Virus record (IMG/VR): IMGVR_UViG_3300028577_000006
Source: a virus
Taxonomy: Duplodnaviria; Heunggongvirae; Uroviricota; Caudoviricetes
Strand: one strand, 5' to 3'
Length of the DNA: 64,000 nt
Positions 9,773-18,230 of this stretch are shown piece after piece (the first letter of the stretch is position 1; every line of letters starts with the position of its first letter). Position numbers and translations under genes: made by a program. The notes under the pieces were generated by a model. It saw only the letters and a program-made list of their open reading frames with translations, made no database searches and was not told the origin of the DNA.

Positions 9773-10176
9773 GTTGGGTGCCTTCCGCTGCGGCGCTCGT
9801 CGAGCGCGGACTGGGCGCTCTTGCCGCACGTATCGCAGTAGCTTTCTGTCTCCGACGTGCCCGCCCCGCAGAAGCGGCACTGCTCATCTCGCATCGGAAC
9901 GATCCGCAACTGTGGCGGCTCCCCTCCGTACTCCATCTTGAACTGTTCACGCGCCTCCTGAAGGCTGAAGGCCTCGACGCCCGTGTGCAGACGCTCGCGC
10001 TCGGTTGGGAAAGCGCGCTGCATGCGATTCGCCATATACGAATCCCGCTCGTGCCAGCTGACGTCGTACCAGCGAGTACGCTCGGCGTTGCGATTGGCGG
10101 CGTCTCCGAGACGCGTCAACTGCCGCTCGATCAACAGAAGAACGGTGCTCGCGTTCGGACGCTTCGGACCTGCCAT
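9769..10176 (-). CDS. hypothetical protein with C-terminal zinc ribbon
   Basis: CRFCG...CDTCG pair. Confidence 0.45.
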   Translation of the reverse strand: MAGPKRPNASTVLLLIERQLTRLGDAANRNAERTRWYDVSWHERDSYMANRMQRAFPTERERLHTGVEAFSLQEAREQFKMEYGGEPPQLRIVPMRDEQCRFCGAGTSETESYCDTCGKSAQSALDERRSGRHPT

Positions 10177-10224
10177 GAGCTAGGACCCTACCGACTGTCA
10201 GACAGCACGTCAACGGCTTCCGAC

Positions 10225-10452
10225 TCACCTGCCGTCCCAGCCTTCGACGCGTGCCAGTTCGAGAAGGTCGACCGGCTCGGGGCCCGTGCCGGCCTGTCGC
10301 CACATCATCACGTGCGCCTCGGCAACGTCAACGAAGCGCACCGGCTCTGACACGTGACCCACGAGCGTCATCCAGCCGCCCGCTGGCTTCCACTCCCAGA
10401 TCGGCGCACAGAGCACGCGCCCGTCCTTCATGTTCACGGTCGCGTCACGCAT
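10225..10452 (-). CDS. hypothetical protein
   Basis: ORF only. Confidence 0.35.
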   Translation of the reverse strand: MRDATVNMKDGRVLCAPIWEWKPAGGWMTLVGHVSEPVRFVDVAEAHVMMWRQAGTGPEPVDLLELARVEGWDGR

Positions 10453-10497
10453 AGAGCGTTCCGTGGGGGATTCGTCGCCTGGTCCGATACTTCGATC

Positions 10498-11241
10498 TCA
10501 CAGGGCGCACAACGCGGCAACAAGATCTTGTTCCGCGGTCCCAGTGACCTCCAGCGTCCACGGCGTCGGCGGCCCGAGCCACGATGCTGGATCAATGCGC
10601 ACGAGCGGCGTGGCGCGCTGCGCTGCACGCGTCGGCAGATCGTTCGCTGGGTACACCGAGCCGGACGTGCCGCAGACGACCACGAGATCTGCTGCCTCCA
10701 CCGCCGCGTAAGCGCGCCGCATGTCGACTGGCTCGCCGAATAGGACCACGTCAGGCCGCGCAGGACGGCCGCACTTCGGACAATCCGGCGCCACGGTGCG
10801 CGGCTCGGCGTCCGGCCACGACGGGTGCTTGCGGCGCTCCTTGGCGCAACGCGTACGAAAGAGCGAGCCATGAAGCTCCACTACGTCTTCGGTGCCGGCC
10901 AAGCGGTCGAGACCGTCGATGTTCTGCGTCACGACCGTCAGTGCCTCGACGCGCCTCGACCAGGCAGCAACCGCACGGTGCGCGGCGTTCGGTCCGTTCG
11001 CGAGCACGGCGCCGCGGATTGGTCCCCATAGCTCCCAGAGGTCGTTCCACCATGCCCGACGCTCGGCCGGATCGCTCATCTTGGCCGGCGGCGGCTTCGA
11101 TCGCTTCTCCCGCTCGGGATGGTCGGTCCAGAGACCACCGGAGCCGCGGTACGTCGGCAGCCCCGACGCCACCGAGAAGCCGGCGCCGGTGACGAGCACG
11201 GGCCTGCGAGCGCGGCGCACGAGCGCTTCGAGATCACTCAT
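10498..11241 (-). CDS. Sir2-family NAD-dependent deacylase/ADP-ribosyltransferase
   Basis: GAGFSVASGLPTYRG, TQNIDGL, two CxxC pairs; internal ATG at 11241; upstream part of ORF overlaps a tRNA. Confidence 0.8.
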   Translation of the reverse strand: MSDLEALVRRARRPVLVTGAGFSVASGLPTYRGSGGLWTDHPEREKRSKPPPAKMSDPAERRAWWNDLWELWGPIRGAVLANGPNAAHRAVAAWSRRVEALTVVTQNIDGLDRLAGTEDVVELHGSLFRTRCAKERRKHPSWPDAEPRTVAPDCPKCGRPARPDVVLFGEPVDMRRAYAAVEAADLVVVCGTSGSVYPANDLPTRAAQRATPLVRIDPASWLGPPTPWTLEVTGTAEQDLVAALCAL

Positions 11242-11311
11242 TCGGGGGCCAGGAATCGAACCTGGATTCGCGGTGCCAAAAACCGATGTCCTGCCATTAG
11301 ACGAACCCCGA
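11241..11311 (-). tRNA. tRNA-Gln (anticodon UUG)
   Basis: cloverleaf with T-arm CCAGG-TTCGATT-CCTGG, anticodon loop TTTTGGC, U1:A72 as in bacterial tRNA-Gln; U7.C66 mismatch shared with the tRNA-Gln(CUG) at 25138. Confidence 0.55.
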
Positions 11312-11314
11312 GCA

Positions 11315-11692
11315 TCACGCCGCGGGGGCTCGTTGCTGCTCGGCCTGAGCCTTCGCGGCGAGCTTCTGCTGGCGGCGCTCAGCGGCACGCGCCTTCACGA
11401 GCGCGCGCTGCTTGGCGTTCTTCTTCGTGTTCGCACGACAGAGCTTGCAGTTGGTCGCGAGCATCGACAGCACCAAACGCGTGCCGTCTTCCGGCCACCC
11501 GCCGTCCGACTCCTGCTCCACCGACACCTTCGACGGCTTCATGCCGGCGGCCTCGGCCATCTGCACGAGATCGACCAAGCTGCCGCCGCAGTCATCGATG
11601 TTGATCGTACACGTGTCCTGAACGCGATTGCGCCAGTCGGCGGAAACGCCGTGGCTCACGTACGGAACGATCTTCTTCTTGGCCACACACAC
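11315..11692 (-). CDS. hypothetical protein
   Basis: ORF between two tRNAs; annotated ATG overlaps tRNA-Glu 3' end by 5 nt, GTG at 11686 is an alternative start. Confidence 0.4.
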   Translation of the reverse strand: MCVAKKKIVPYVSHGVSADWRNRVQDTCTINIDDCGGSLVDLVQMAEAAGMKPSKVSVEQESDGGWPEDGTRLVLSMLATNCKLCRANTKKNAKQRALVKARAAERRQQKLAAKAQAEQQRAPAA

Positions 11693-11758
11693 CGTGGGAG
11701 AATCGAACTCCCGTAGACTGATGGAAAGTCAGTCGTCCTACCACTGGACGAACGGTGC
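11688..11758 (-). tRNA. tRNA-Glu (anticodon UUC)
   Basis: complete cloverleaf: acceptor GCACCGT/ACGGTGT, D GTCC/GGAC, anticodon stem ACTGA/TCAGT loop CTTTCCA, T GGGAG-TTCGATT-CTCCC. Confidence 0.8.
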
Positions 11759-12048
11759 AAAATCTTCGAGCAAGGGTCGCGCACGGGTATGGGCCTCGCG
11801 GCCCGATCTTTTGCAAAAAGGGATAACCGTGTTGCATCGGCTCGAAGATCAGAAACAAAACAGAGCAAGGTTTTGAACGCGGGCGGTTGGGTCGGGTTAT
11901 TAGCCCGATGCATGATTGCGGTAACCCGTGATCGTCGGCTCTGTCGAAAATCCTTTCAGAGATAGTAGCGGACGGTGATAACACAGGCAAGGTGGTGCTG
12001 GACGGGTCAAATGATAGATAACCGTCCAGCTTCGGCCTGTGCGTTAGA
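11759..12048 (-). ncRNA. candidate Y RNA (YrlA-like) locus downstream of rsr
   Basis: 290-nt non-coding, lower-GC, hairpin-rich region immediately 3' of rsr and abutting a tRNA: long-range pairing 11763-11771/11840-11848, hairpins at 11791-11804, 11939-11962, 11997-12030; the only support is position next to rsr. Confidence 0.35.
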
Positions 12049-13803
12049 TCAACCTCGGATGAAGTCGGCGATGACCGCCGGAGCCGCAGCGTCCATGCCC
12101 ACGACGTCGAGCATGCCCGCGTCGGTCGGATCTGCGATGGTGAACGGCGAGGCTGCCGTGGCCACGACCACGAGCTTCGCCGGGATGTTCGTCTTCTGAC
12201 GATAGCGCTGGAGCGCGATGTGCGGGTGCACCTTGCCCGCGTACGTCTCGTTGTCGGTGTAAACGCAGAACGCTTCGAAGGTCTTGTCGCCTTCCAACGC
12301 GTAAAGCATCGGCTGCGAACAGTCGGTCGAGCCCATCGGCAGAGCGCGCATGATCTGCAACGCCTGTTCGAGCTTCGTGGACTTGGTGATGTTGATGGGA
12401 GTCGTGCCCGCGCCCGCGCCCGCGCCACGGCCGCCGCCGGACGTGAAGCCGATCATGTGCGTGCTCTCTTCCACCCGTGCGGTCACCATGGCCATGACGG
12501 CCACTGCCTCACGGTGGGTGATGCACGAGTTCATGATCGGCGAGTCCATCGAGCCGGAGATGTCCAACGCGAGCAGGTGCGACTTGCCCGTCGACTCCAC
12601 CGACTCGAACGCCGTGTAGAAGACGCTGTCGAGCGCATCGACGATCGGCTTCACCGCCGACCAGGTCAACGTACCCTTCTCGCCATGGCCCTGTGCATAC
12701 GTACGCAGCGCCAGAAGCACTGCGAACGGGTGCAGCCGCGACTTCTTGATCGCGTCGTAGTTGGTGAGCTTGTCGATCACGCGCTTCGACGCATCCGACT
12801 TCGGCGTGAGGAGACCGTTCGCCGTCATGCGGCCGAGGTTGCGCACGAGCGCATGCATCGGCATCGAGTCGAGCAGCGCATCCCAGGTCTCCGGCTTGCC
12901 GAGGAACTGCGACGGCACCATCTCGTGCGTCAGGCGATGCTCACGGATGAGCTTGAGCAGCGTCGTGTAGTCGACGTCCGGCTTCCGGATCGTCTCGAAT
13001 GCGCCGATGAGTCCCGGCATGCCGTCTCGCGACAACGCCGGCTGACGCTCGGTGAGCGAAGCTGCGAAGTCCTTCGCGGACAGCGAGTCCACGCCAGCAG
13101 CATGACGACGGTGCGCACGCGCTGCCTGATCCTTGCGCTGGATGGAGCGCTCGTCGAGTGAGCCTGCCACGACCCAGCGGAAGAGCGCCGACATGACCGT
13201 GTCGTCACTCTTCGGGTGAGCCTGACGCATCACGTCGCGGTGCGACCGTCCGTTGCGCTGCTGGTACTTCACCAGCTGGTATGCGAGCGAACCCGGATCA
13301 CGCGACGTGTACCACGCCGCGACCGCGCGCTTCAGCGCCGAGCCCCAGCCGCGAAGCTGCTCGACCTGGTCGATGAACTCGAACAGGTGCGCGCCGGTGC
13401 GGCAGACACGCGGCAACGCCGCGAGCGCAAGGCGACGCACGACCACATCCCCGTGGGACGCAGCGATTGCCAGCGCGAAGATCGCCGGGCTGTTCTTCGG
13501 CGCTCGGCCGGACTCGCTCACCGCAGCGATCTGCTCGATCGCCGCCGCCGCGTCATCCGCCAGACACTCCGTGAGCGCCTTCGCGTTCTCGCGCACGAGC
13601 TTCTTCTCCGTCGAGTGGTACGTGCCACCCTCGGCGCCGAGCACGAGGAATCGATCCAGCTGCTTCCAGCGATCGACCTCGAACGTGAAGCCGCCAGCGT
13701 TGTTCTTCACCTGGCGCGGATCGGCCTTCGCCATCTGCGTCGCGTTGGCGTTGACGCCGGACTTCTTGCCCGACTTGGTAACGTGCTGTGCGTAGTTGGA
13801 CAT
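12049..13803 (-). CDS. rsr: Ro60-like ribonucleoprotein Rsr (TROVE domain + C-terminal vWA)
   Basis: 584 aa; TROVE-like N-terminal two thirds and C-terminal LALDISGSMDSP MIDAS motif; classic 60-kDa SS-A/Ro architecture. Confidence 0.85.
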   Translation of the reverse strand: MSNYAQHVTKSGKKSGVNANATQMAKADPRQVKNNAGGFTFEVDRWKQLDRFLVLGAEGGTYHSTEKKLVRENAKALTECLADDAAAAIEQIAAVSESGRAPKNSPAIFALAIAASHGDVVVRRLALAALPRVCRTGAHLFEFIDQVEQLRGWGSALKRAVAAWYTSRDPGSLAYQLVKYQQRNGRSHRDVMRQAHPKSDDTVMSALFRWVVAGSLDERSIQRKDQAARAHRRHAAGVDSLSAKDFAASLTERQPALSRDGMPGLIGAFETIRKPDVDYTTLLKLIREHRLTHEMVPSQFLGKPETWDALLDSMPMHALVRNLGRMTANGLLTPKSDASKRVIDKLTNYDAIKKSRLHPFAVLLALRTYAQGHGEKGTLTWSAVKPIVDALDSVFYTAFESVESTGKSHLLALDISGSMDSPIMNSCITHREAVAVMAMVTARVEESTHMIGFTSGGGRGAGAGAGTTPINITKSTKLEQALQIMRALPMGSTDCSQPMLYALEGDKTFEAFCVYTDNETYAGKVHPHIALQRYRQKTNIPAKLVVVATAASPFTIADPTDAGMLDVVGMDAAAPAVIADFIRG

Positions 13804-13844
13804 GACGGAACCTCCCAGAACGAATACCCAGAAAACCAGAACAA

Positions 13845-13917
13845 CGTCTCGTGCGAGAATCGAACTCGCGTCATCTGTTCGAGAAACAGAGGGCCTGGGC
13901 CACTAGCCGAACGAGAC
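13845..13917 (-). tRNA. tRNA-Glu (anticodon CUC)
   Basis: acceptor GTCTCGT/ACGAGAC, anticodon stem TCTGT/ACAGA loop TTCTCGA, T GCGAG-TTCGATT-CTCGC. Confidence 0.85.
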
Positions 13918-13945
13918 ACAGACAGAATAGAAAACCGAAGAAGCG

Positions 13946-14599
13946 CTACTGCTTACGCCGACCGATTCGTTTTCGCGCAATACCATAAGCATCAAGCCAT
14001 TTTCTGATCGTTACGTCAGACACGCCATATTCGCGAGCCAGCGCCAGCGCAGGCTTGTCAGCAACGGCTTCCAACTGCGCTCGCGATGGCTTTGCCACGC
14101 GCTCGGCGCTGTGGGAGCGCTGCCGCGCGCGACCCAAGCGCTCGCTGCTGCAAGCAACACACCGCCGCTTCGCGCCTCCAGCCTTCGTAACTTCGATCCA
14201 CACGTTCGCCGGATCTTCCAAACTGTGTCCGGACTTGCACTCCGTTTTTCGAGAGTTGAGACCAACGAAGCCCTCTCCGCGCCGCAGATTTATTCCGTCG
14301 GTTACCGGCTCTAGGTGAGAGGGCTTCACGCACAGGTGCACGCGACACAGGTGGTCAAGCACTTGCCACTCTTCCAGCGGCAGGCCCGAAGCGATGTACG
14401 CGATCCGGTGCGCGTACCGCGTTTCGTGTGGAGCCAGAATAAACACACCGTACGGCTCCGGGTTCAACCGGTTTTCCTTGCTGCGTGAACTGCCACGCCA
14501 CAGCCAGCAGCCGTTGTCAGCTAACTTCTCGACGAGAGACCAAAAGGCCGCCTTCTGGCCTTCGTCCATGTCACGAATCAGCTGGTCTTTTGCTACCAT
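13946..14599 (-). CDS. HNH homing endonuclease with C-terminal HTH
   Basis: NGCWLWRG ... HRIAY ... HLC motifs of HNH_3; C-terminal DNA-binding helix; sits between tRNA genes. Confidence 0.75.
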   Translation of the reverse strand: MVAKDQLIRDMDEGQKAAFWSLVEKLADNGCWLWRGSSRSKENRLNPEPYGVFILAPHETRYAHRIAYIASGLPLEEWQVLDHLCRVHLCVKPSHLEPVTDGINLRRGEGFVGLNSRKTECKSGHSLEDPANVWIEVTKAGGAKRRCVACSSERLGRARQRSHSAERVAKPSRAQLEAVADKPALALAREYGVSDVTIRKWLDAYGIARKRIGRRKQ

Positions 14600-14606
14600 A
14601 TATGAA

Positions 14607-14691
14607 CGGAGAGCAGAGGACTCGAACCTCAGAGCCTAAGCTCGACGCGGTTTTCAAAACCGCCGCTGCACCTTGCAGACCGTTACTCTCC
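14607..14691 (-). tRNA. tRNA-Ser (anticodon UGA), class II with atypical D-arm
   Basis: acceptor GGAGAGT/GCTCTCC, anticodon stem GCGGT/ACCGC loop TTTGAAA, extra arm GAGC-TTAG-GCTC, T-loop TTCGAGT; D-arm does not fold canonically. Confidence 0.5.
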
Positions 14692-14732
14692 AGGAGCCTG
14701 CCACAGCATTTCGCAGCAGGCAAGAACTTCTG

Positions 14733-14984
14733 TCAGACACTCGTTCCGGCACGTTTTGCGGCGCGACGGATGCGCTTCCTGACGAACTCGGCGACCTCCT
14801 TGGTGTCCGCCAGATCGAGCATGCCGCCGCGGTTCACGCAGCTGTTGTATGGGTGCCAGAACTGGCCGTACTGCAAGAAGTCTTCGGCGTCTGACATCAC
14901 GCAACCACAGCGGCGGCAAACGGCTTTGCGATGCCAGTTCTCGCCGTTCATCTTTCGCATCTTCTCGCTGAGCATGGCGATCAC
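14733..14984 (-). CDS. small zinc-finger protein
   Basis: CRRCGC ... H..C Cys/His cluster. Confidence 0.4.
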   Translation of the reverse strand: MIAMLSEKMRKMNGENWHRKAVCRRCGCVMSDAEDFLQYGQFWHPYNSCVNRGGMLDLADTKEVAEFVRKRIRRAAKRAGTSV

Positions 14985-15092
14985 TCCTTCAGCAGGCCGT
15001 CCCAGTTCCCGCGAATGTAGTCCTTGTACCGGATCTGATTTCCGGAACGGTGGTCGGTGACCTGCCCGTCCTGAGCGCGGATCGTACGCACC

Positions 15093-15666
15093 TTATCGGC
15101 ACTCGCCACTGCCTACCTGCTGCCGGCGACTGTCGGACCGGGCCTGCAAGCTCGCAGCGTCTCGTTGCTCCTGGATGCGCGCTCGGAGGATCTTGTACGC
15201 GATGTCTCTGTTCGCGTGCTGCGAGCGCTCGTTCTCGACGCGCACCTTCAGCCCGGTTGGCTTGTGCGTCATCTGAACAGCAGAGTTCGTCACGTTGCGA
15301 TGCTGGCCACCAGCGCCAGAGCCACGACACGTGATCCACTCGATGTCGCGATCGTCGATGTGGATCTGCGGGCCCTTCGGCTCGTCGAGCACCGCGACCG
15401 TCACCGTCGAGGTCTGCACGCGCCCGCGCTTGTCGTTCGGCGGCACACGCTGCCACCGATGACCACCAGACTCTTGCGCGAAGGCCGCGCTCGCTCCCTT
15501 GCCGCTCGCCTGGAACGACAAGAAGCCGGAACGCTCTTCGACTAGAGCGTAGTCAAAGACCCCTCCGCTCCATCATCCGCGCGTACACGCCGAACTGCTC
15601 GACCACGAGGGCCTTCGCATCGTCGCCACCTTCGCCAGCACGAATCTCTACGATCACCGTTTCCAT
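15093..15666 (-). CDS. truncated class-I release factor homolog (RF2/PrfH-like, GGQ domain) requiring +1 frameshift
   Basis: ORF 15553..15831 (from internal ATG 15666, SD GAGGAGG) encodes ETVIVEIRAGEGGDDAKALVVEQFGVYARMMERRGL and stops at UGA; the +1 frame continues as DYALVEERSGF...HRWQRVPP...RGSGAGGQHRNVTNSAVQMTHKPTGL...ENERSQHANR (ORF 15093..15521), together matching RF2 domains 2-3 incl. GGQ; lacks domain 1 and has PPN in place of SPF. Confidence 0.7.
15550..15572 (-). promoter_or_regulatory. prfB-type programmed +1 ribosomal frameshift site (GGAGGGG-U-CUU UGA C)
   Basis: mRNA reads AUG AUG GAG CGG AGG GGU CUU UGA CUA C: SD-like GGAGGGG 1 nt upstream of slippery CUU U followed by in-frame UGA C, same heptamer as E. 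coli prfB. Confidence 0.7.
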
Positions 15667-15676
15667 CACGACCTCC

Positions 15677-16573
15677 TCAGAGAACCACACGGGCGCGAAG
15701 CCCGTCCAACATGTACTTGATGTCGCGCTCCACCAAGCGTCGAAGCCCCTCGCACTCGGTGCACACGGTACGCGTCCGAAGATCTTCGCCGTGTTCGCAG
15801 TACGGCGGCACACGTCTGATCGAGAAGTCATCGTCGAGACTGAGCCTCAGCGTCGCGCCGTCGAAGTCGTGTCCGATCAAACGATGTCGAAAGACAGCGC
15901 TTTGAACGTCTACATGCTCGACCACGTGACACTTCGGCGTGCTGGCACTGCCCTTCTGACGGATCTCCACGAACGCACCAGGCCGGAGCGACTGCCACGT
16001 CAGCCGCTTCTCCTCGGCCGCTTCCCGCTTTCGACGACTCTCCTCTTCTTCGTACTCCAGAGCTTCGCGCGCCCATTCAGCGCGCTCCTCCGGCGTGTTC
16101 TCGTCGGGGAACTCCTTCAGCATCTCCGGCGCGCAACGCTGCGCGACCTTCTCGTTCTCACTCTTCTCGTGCTGCGTGCGCTTGCCGCGCTTGTAGACCT
16201 CGCGGTAGCTGTAGACGCCCGTCTTCGAATCGCATGACCAGGAGTGGCCGACGATCTCGACCTTGATGTCGAGCCCGTCGAAGAGCGCGCGTCCCTTCCG
16301 GAAGTCGTCGGTGAACTTGCTCTTCTTCTCGAAGAACAACCCCGGAGTGCCGCTGAAGTTGCCGAGTAGCTCGACGTACTTGTCCGTCTCGCGCAGCGCG
16401 ACGTTGTACCAGATGCCACCCGATCCGTACGCGTGGTTGCCGAGCTTGCTCACCATCGGCCACGAGTAGTAGCCATCGCGTCGTCCGCCAAAGGCTGGCT
16501 TAGTGGCCTTCTTCTTCCACTTCGCGCGATCTGGTCCGCTGACCCGAACTCGGTACTGCCACGTGTCGCCCAT
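15677..16573 (-). CDS. hypothetical protein (298 aa)
   Basis: stop overlaps SD of release-factor homolog; protein-like composition. Confidence 0.5.
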   Translation of the reverse strand: MGDTWQYRVRVSGPDRAKWKKKATKPAFGGRRDGYYSWPMVSKLGNHAYGSGGIWYNVALRETDKYVELLGNFSGTPGLFFEKKSKFTDDFRKGRALFDGLDIKVEIVGHSWSCDSKTGVYSYREVYKRGKRTQHEKSENEKVAQRCAPEMLKEFPDENTPEERAEWAREALEYEEEESRRKREAAEEKRLTWQSLRPGAFVEIRQKGSASTPKCHVVEHVDVQSAVFRHRLIGHDFDGATLRLSLDDDFSIRRVPPYCEHGEDLRTRTVCTECEGLRRLVERDIKYMLDGLRARVVL

Positions 16574-16586
16574 TCACTACCTCACA

Positions 16587-16668
16587 TGGAAAGCGGAGGA
16601 GTCGAACCCCTGCGCCGAAGCGCCGCTGGTTTTCGAGGCCAGTCCTACACCGCGTAGGTTCACCTTCC
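16587..16668 (-). tRNA. tRNA-Ser (anticodon CGA), class II
   Basis: anticodon stem CTGGC/ACCAG loop CTCGAAA, long extra arm, T-loop TTCGACT. Confidence 0.65.
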
Positions 16669-16677
16669 AAAGACACA

Positions 16678-16759
16678 CGGAGAGAGCAGGAATCGAACCT
16701 AAACGCCGAAGCGTCAACCGGGTTCCAACCGGTCCTCAGACCATCCGAGATCACCCTCC
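16678..16759 (-). tRNA. tRNA-Ser (anticodon GGA), class II
   Basis: anticodon stem ACCGG/CCGGT loop TTGGAAC, extra arm GACGC-TTCG-GCGTT, T-loop TTCGATT. Confidence 0.7.
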
Positions 16760-16911
16760 ATCACGCCGGCACTGTTGCTCAATCAACCGTTTCTCTCGCT
16801 TCTTGAAGCGACGCTTGACTCGTCGCTTCTCCGCGGCGGGCGCGGTCTCCCACCACTCAGGATTCTCATGCTTTGGATTGTGCAGAAGATGCTTCTTCAT
16901 GACTGTGCCAG

Positions 16912-16995
16912 CGGAAATCGGAGGTCTCGAACCCCACGGCCGTAACCGCGACATCGTGTAGCACACGAGCCCAGCACCTCGCTGGTTCGACTTCC
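16912..16995 (-). tRNA. tRNA-Ser-like (anticodon GCU), class II, atypical
   Basis: acceptor GGAAGTC/GATTTCC, D CCAG/CTGG, T-loop TTCGAGA; anticodon arm ambiguous (loop GTGCTAC). Confidence 0.45.
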
Positions 16996-17002
16996 AAAGG
17001 AA

Positions 17003-17470
17003 CTACTTCTTGCCGGCGAGCTTCCGCAGCCGAGGCAGCAGAGGCTTCACCAGCACATCGAACGTGGTCCAGTACGCGACAAGCAGCTTGCGCCGCTTGA
17101 ACGACGGAAACCACAGCGCGATACCGATCGCCTCCACGTCGCGCAGCGTGGTCGCGGTGTCGTCGCTGGTATGCTCGAAAATATGGTTGAGACAGAGCGC
17201 GTGGCCACCGAGCACGGCCTGACGCGCGAAGCGCAGGTGCACGCTACTGCTGCACACGCCATGTCCCGCATCGACACCAGGCCCCTTGCGCACCGAGGCC
17301 CACAGCCTCCCGTCGCATCGAGGACCAGCGCCGTGCCCGTCGCACCAGGGGACATGACAGACTTCCCGTCGTAGGCGTCGCAGGACTTGCCGTCGCCTGA
17401 TGCGCCCGAGCGCCTCGTGGGCGACGCTTCGGATTGGACTCGCCGGCAAGCCGGCCCCACGCACCTTCAC
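17003..17470 (-). CDS. hypothetical protein (start uncertain)
   Basis: C-terminal half protein-like; N-terminal part Arg/Gly-rich and overlapped by other frames. Confidence 0.3.
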   Translation of the reverse strand: MKVRGAGLPASPIRSVAHEALGRIRRRQVLRRLRREVCHVPWCDGHGAGPRCDGRLWASVRKGPGVDAGHGVCSSSVHLRFARQAVLGGHALCLNHIFEHTSDDTATTLRDVEAIGIALWFPSFKRRKLLVAYWTTFDVLVKPLLPRLRKLAGKK

Positions 17471-17509
17471 GAGCAGCTGAAGCCCTCGCGTTCGAGCCCA
17501 ACGGAGGGC

Positions 17510-17686
17510 TCACCAGTACCAACCCGCGTCTCGTCGAGGCGGGCCGATCCGTTCGTACTTCTTCGTGCGCAGCAGATGCTTGGTGCGCGCGCGGTAGCGC
17601 TGGTTCAGCCAGCGGCGATACCAAGACGGCGAGCCGTCAGGGAAGCGGCTGTGATCGTAGCCGCGATGATGAAACGTTCGAGCCAT
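17510..17686 (-). CDS. small basic protein (58 aa), paralog of 18231..18404
   Basis: MARTFHHRGY...SWYRRW...GWYW; 5' leader with hairpin CCGGAG-UUUUUU-CUCCGG followed by SD GGAGGA. Confidence 0.45.
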   Translation of the reverse strand: MARTFHHRGYDHSRFPDGSPSWYRRWLNQRYRARTKHLLRTKKYERIGPPRRDAGWYW

Positions 17687-17753
17687 CGTGTCCTCCGGCC
17701 CGGAGAAAAAACTCCGGATACCTAGAACACGGCACCCTTTCTGTCGTGCTGCG

Positions 17754-18113
17754 TCATACGCTGCTTTCCCTTCGCTCCAGAAGCTCTGCGCTCGGAACGA
17801 TGAGCCCGGCCTTCTCCGCCTCTTCGCGGAGCACGCCCATCGCACAGTGACACGGGTTGCCGTCGCACCAGCCGCCGGAAGAGATCCCAGTGTCTTCACA
17901 GATCGTGCACTCGATGCCCTTCTCTTCGCGCTGCTTCGCGCGCCACTCGTCGGTGTGACCCGTGTCGATGTCGCGGATCCCAGCGCTTGCGGCTTCGAGC
18001 ATCTCGATGGCCTGGTCGAACGCGGCCGAAAACCGAGCGCGGGCACGCACGAGCCTCAGCGCCGTGTCGCTGAACGCGTTCGAGACCCGCTCCGCTGCTC
18101 TGCGCTGCGTCAT
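17754..18113 (-). CDS. hypothetical zinc-binding protein
   Basis: CTICEDTG...CDGNPCHC cluster. Confidence 0.45.
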   Translation of the reverse strand: MTQRRAAERVSNAFSDTALRLVRARARFSAAFDQAIEMLEAASAGIRDIDTGHTDEWRAKQREEKGIECTICEDTGISSGGWCDGNPCHCAMGVLREEAEKAGLIVPSAELLERRESSV

Positions 18114-18153
18114 GTTCCTCCGACGGTGTCAGACACTGTTGCGCACGTCAAGA

Positions 18154-18225
18154 TCGGGGTGACAGGAGTCGAACCTGCCGGATCCAGTCCCCCAGACTGG
18201 CGGTCTGCCTCTGACCAACACCCCG
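18154..18225 (-). tRNA. tRNA-Pro (anticodon GGG)
   Basis: acceptor CGGGGTG/CACCCCG (shared with the other two Pro tRNAs), anticodon stem CCAGT/ACTGG loop CTGGGGG. Confidence 0.85.
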
Positions 18226-18230
18226 ATGAG

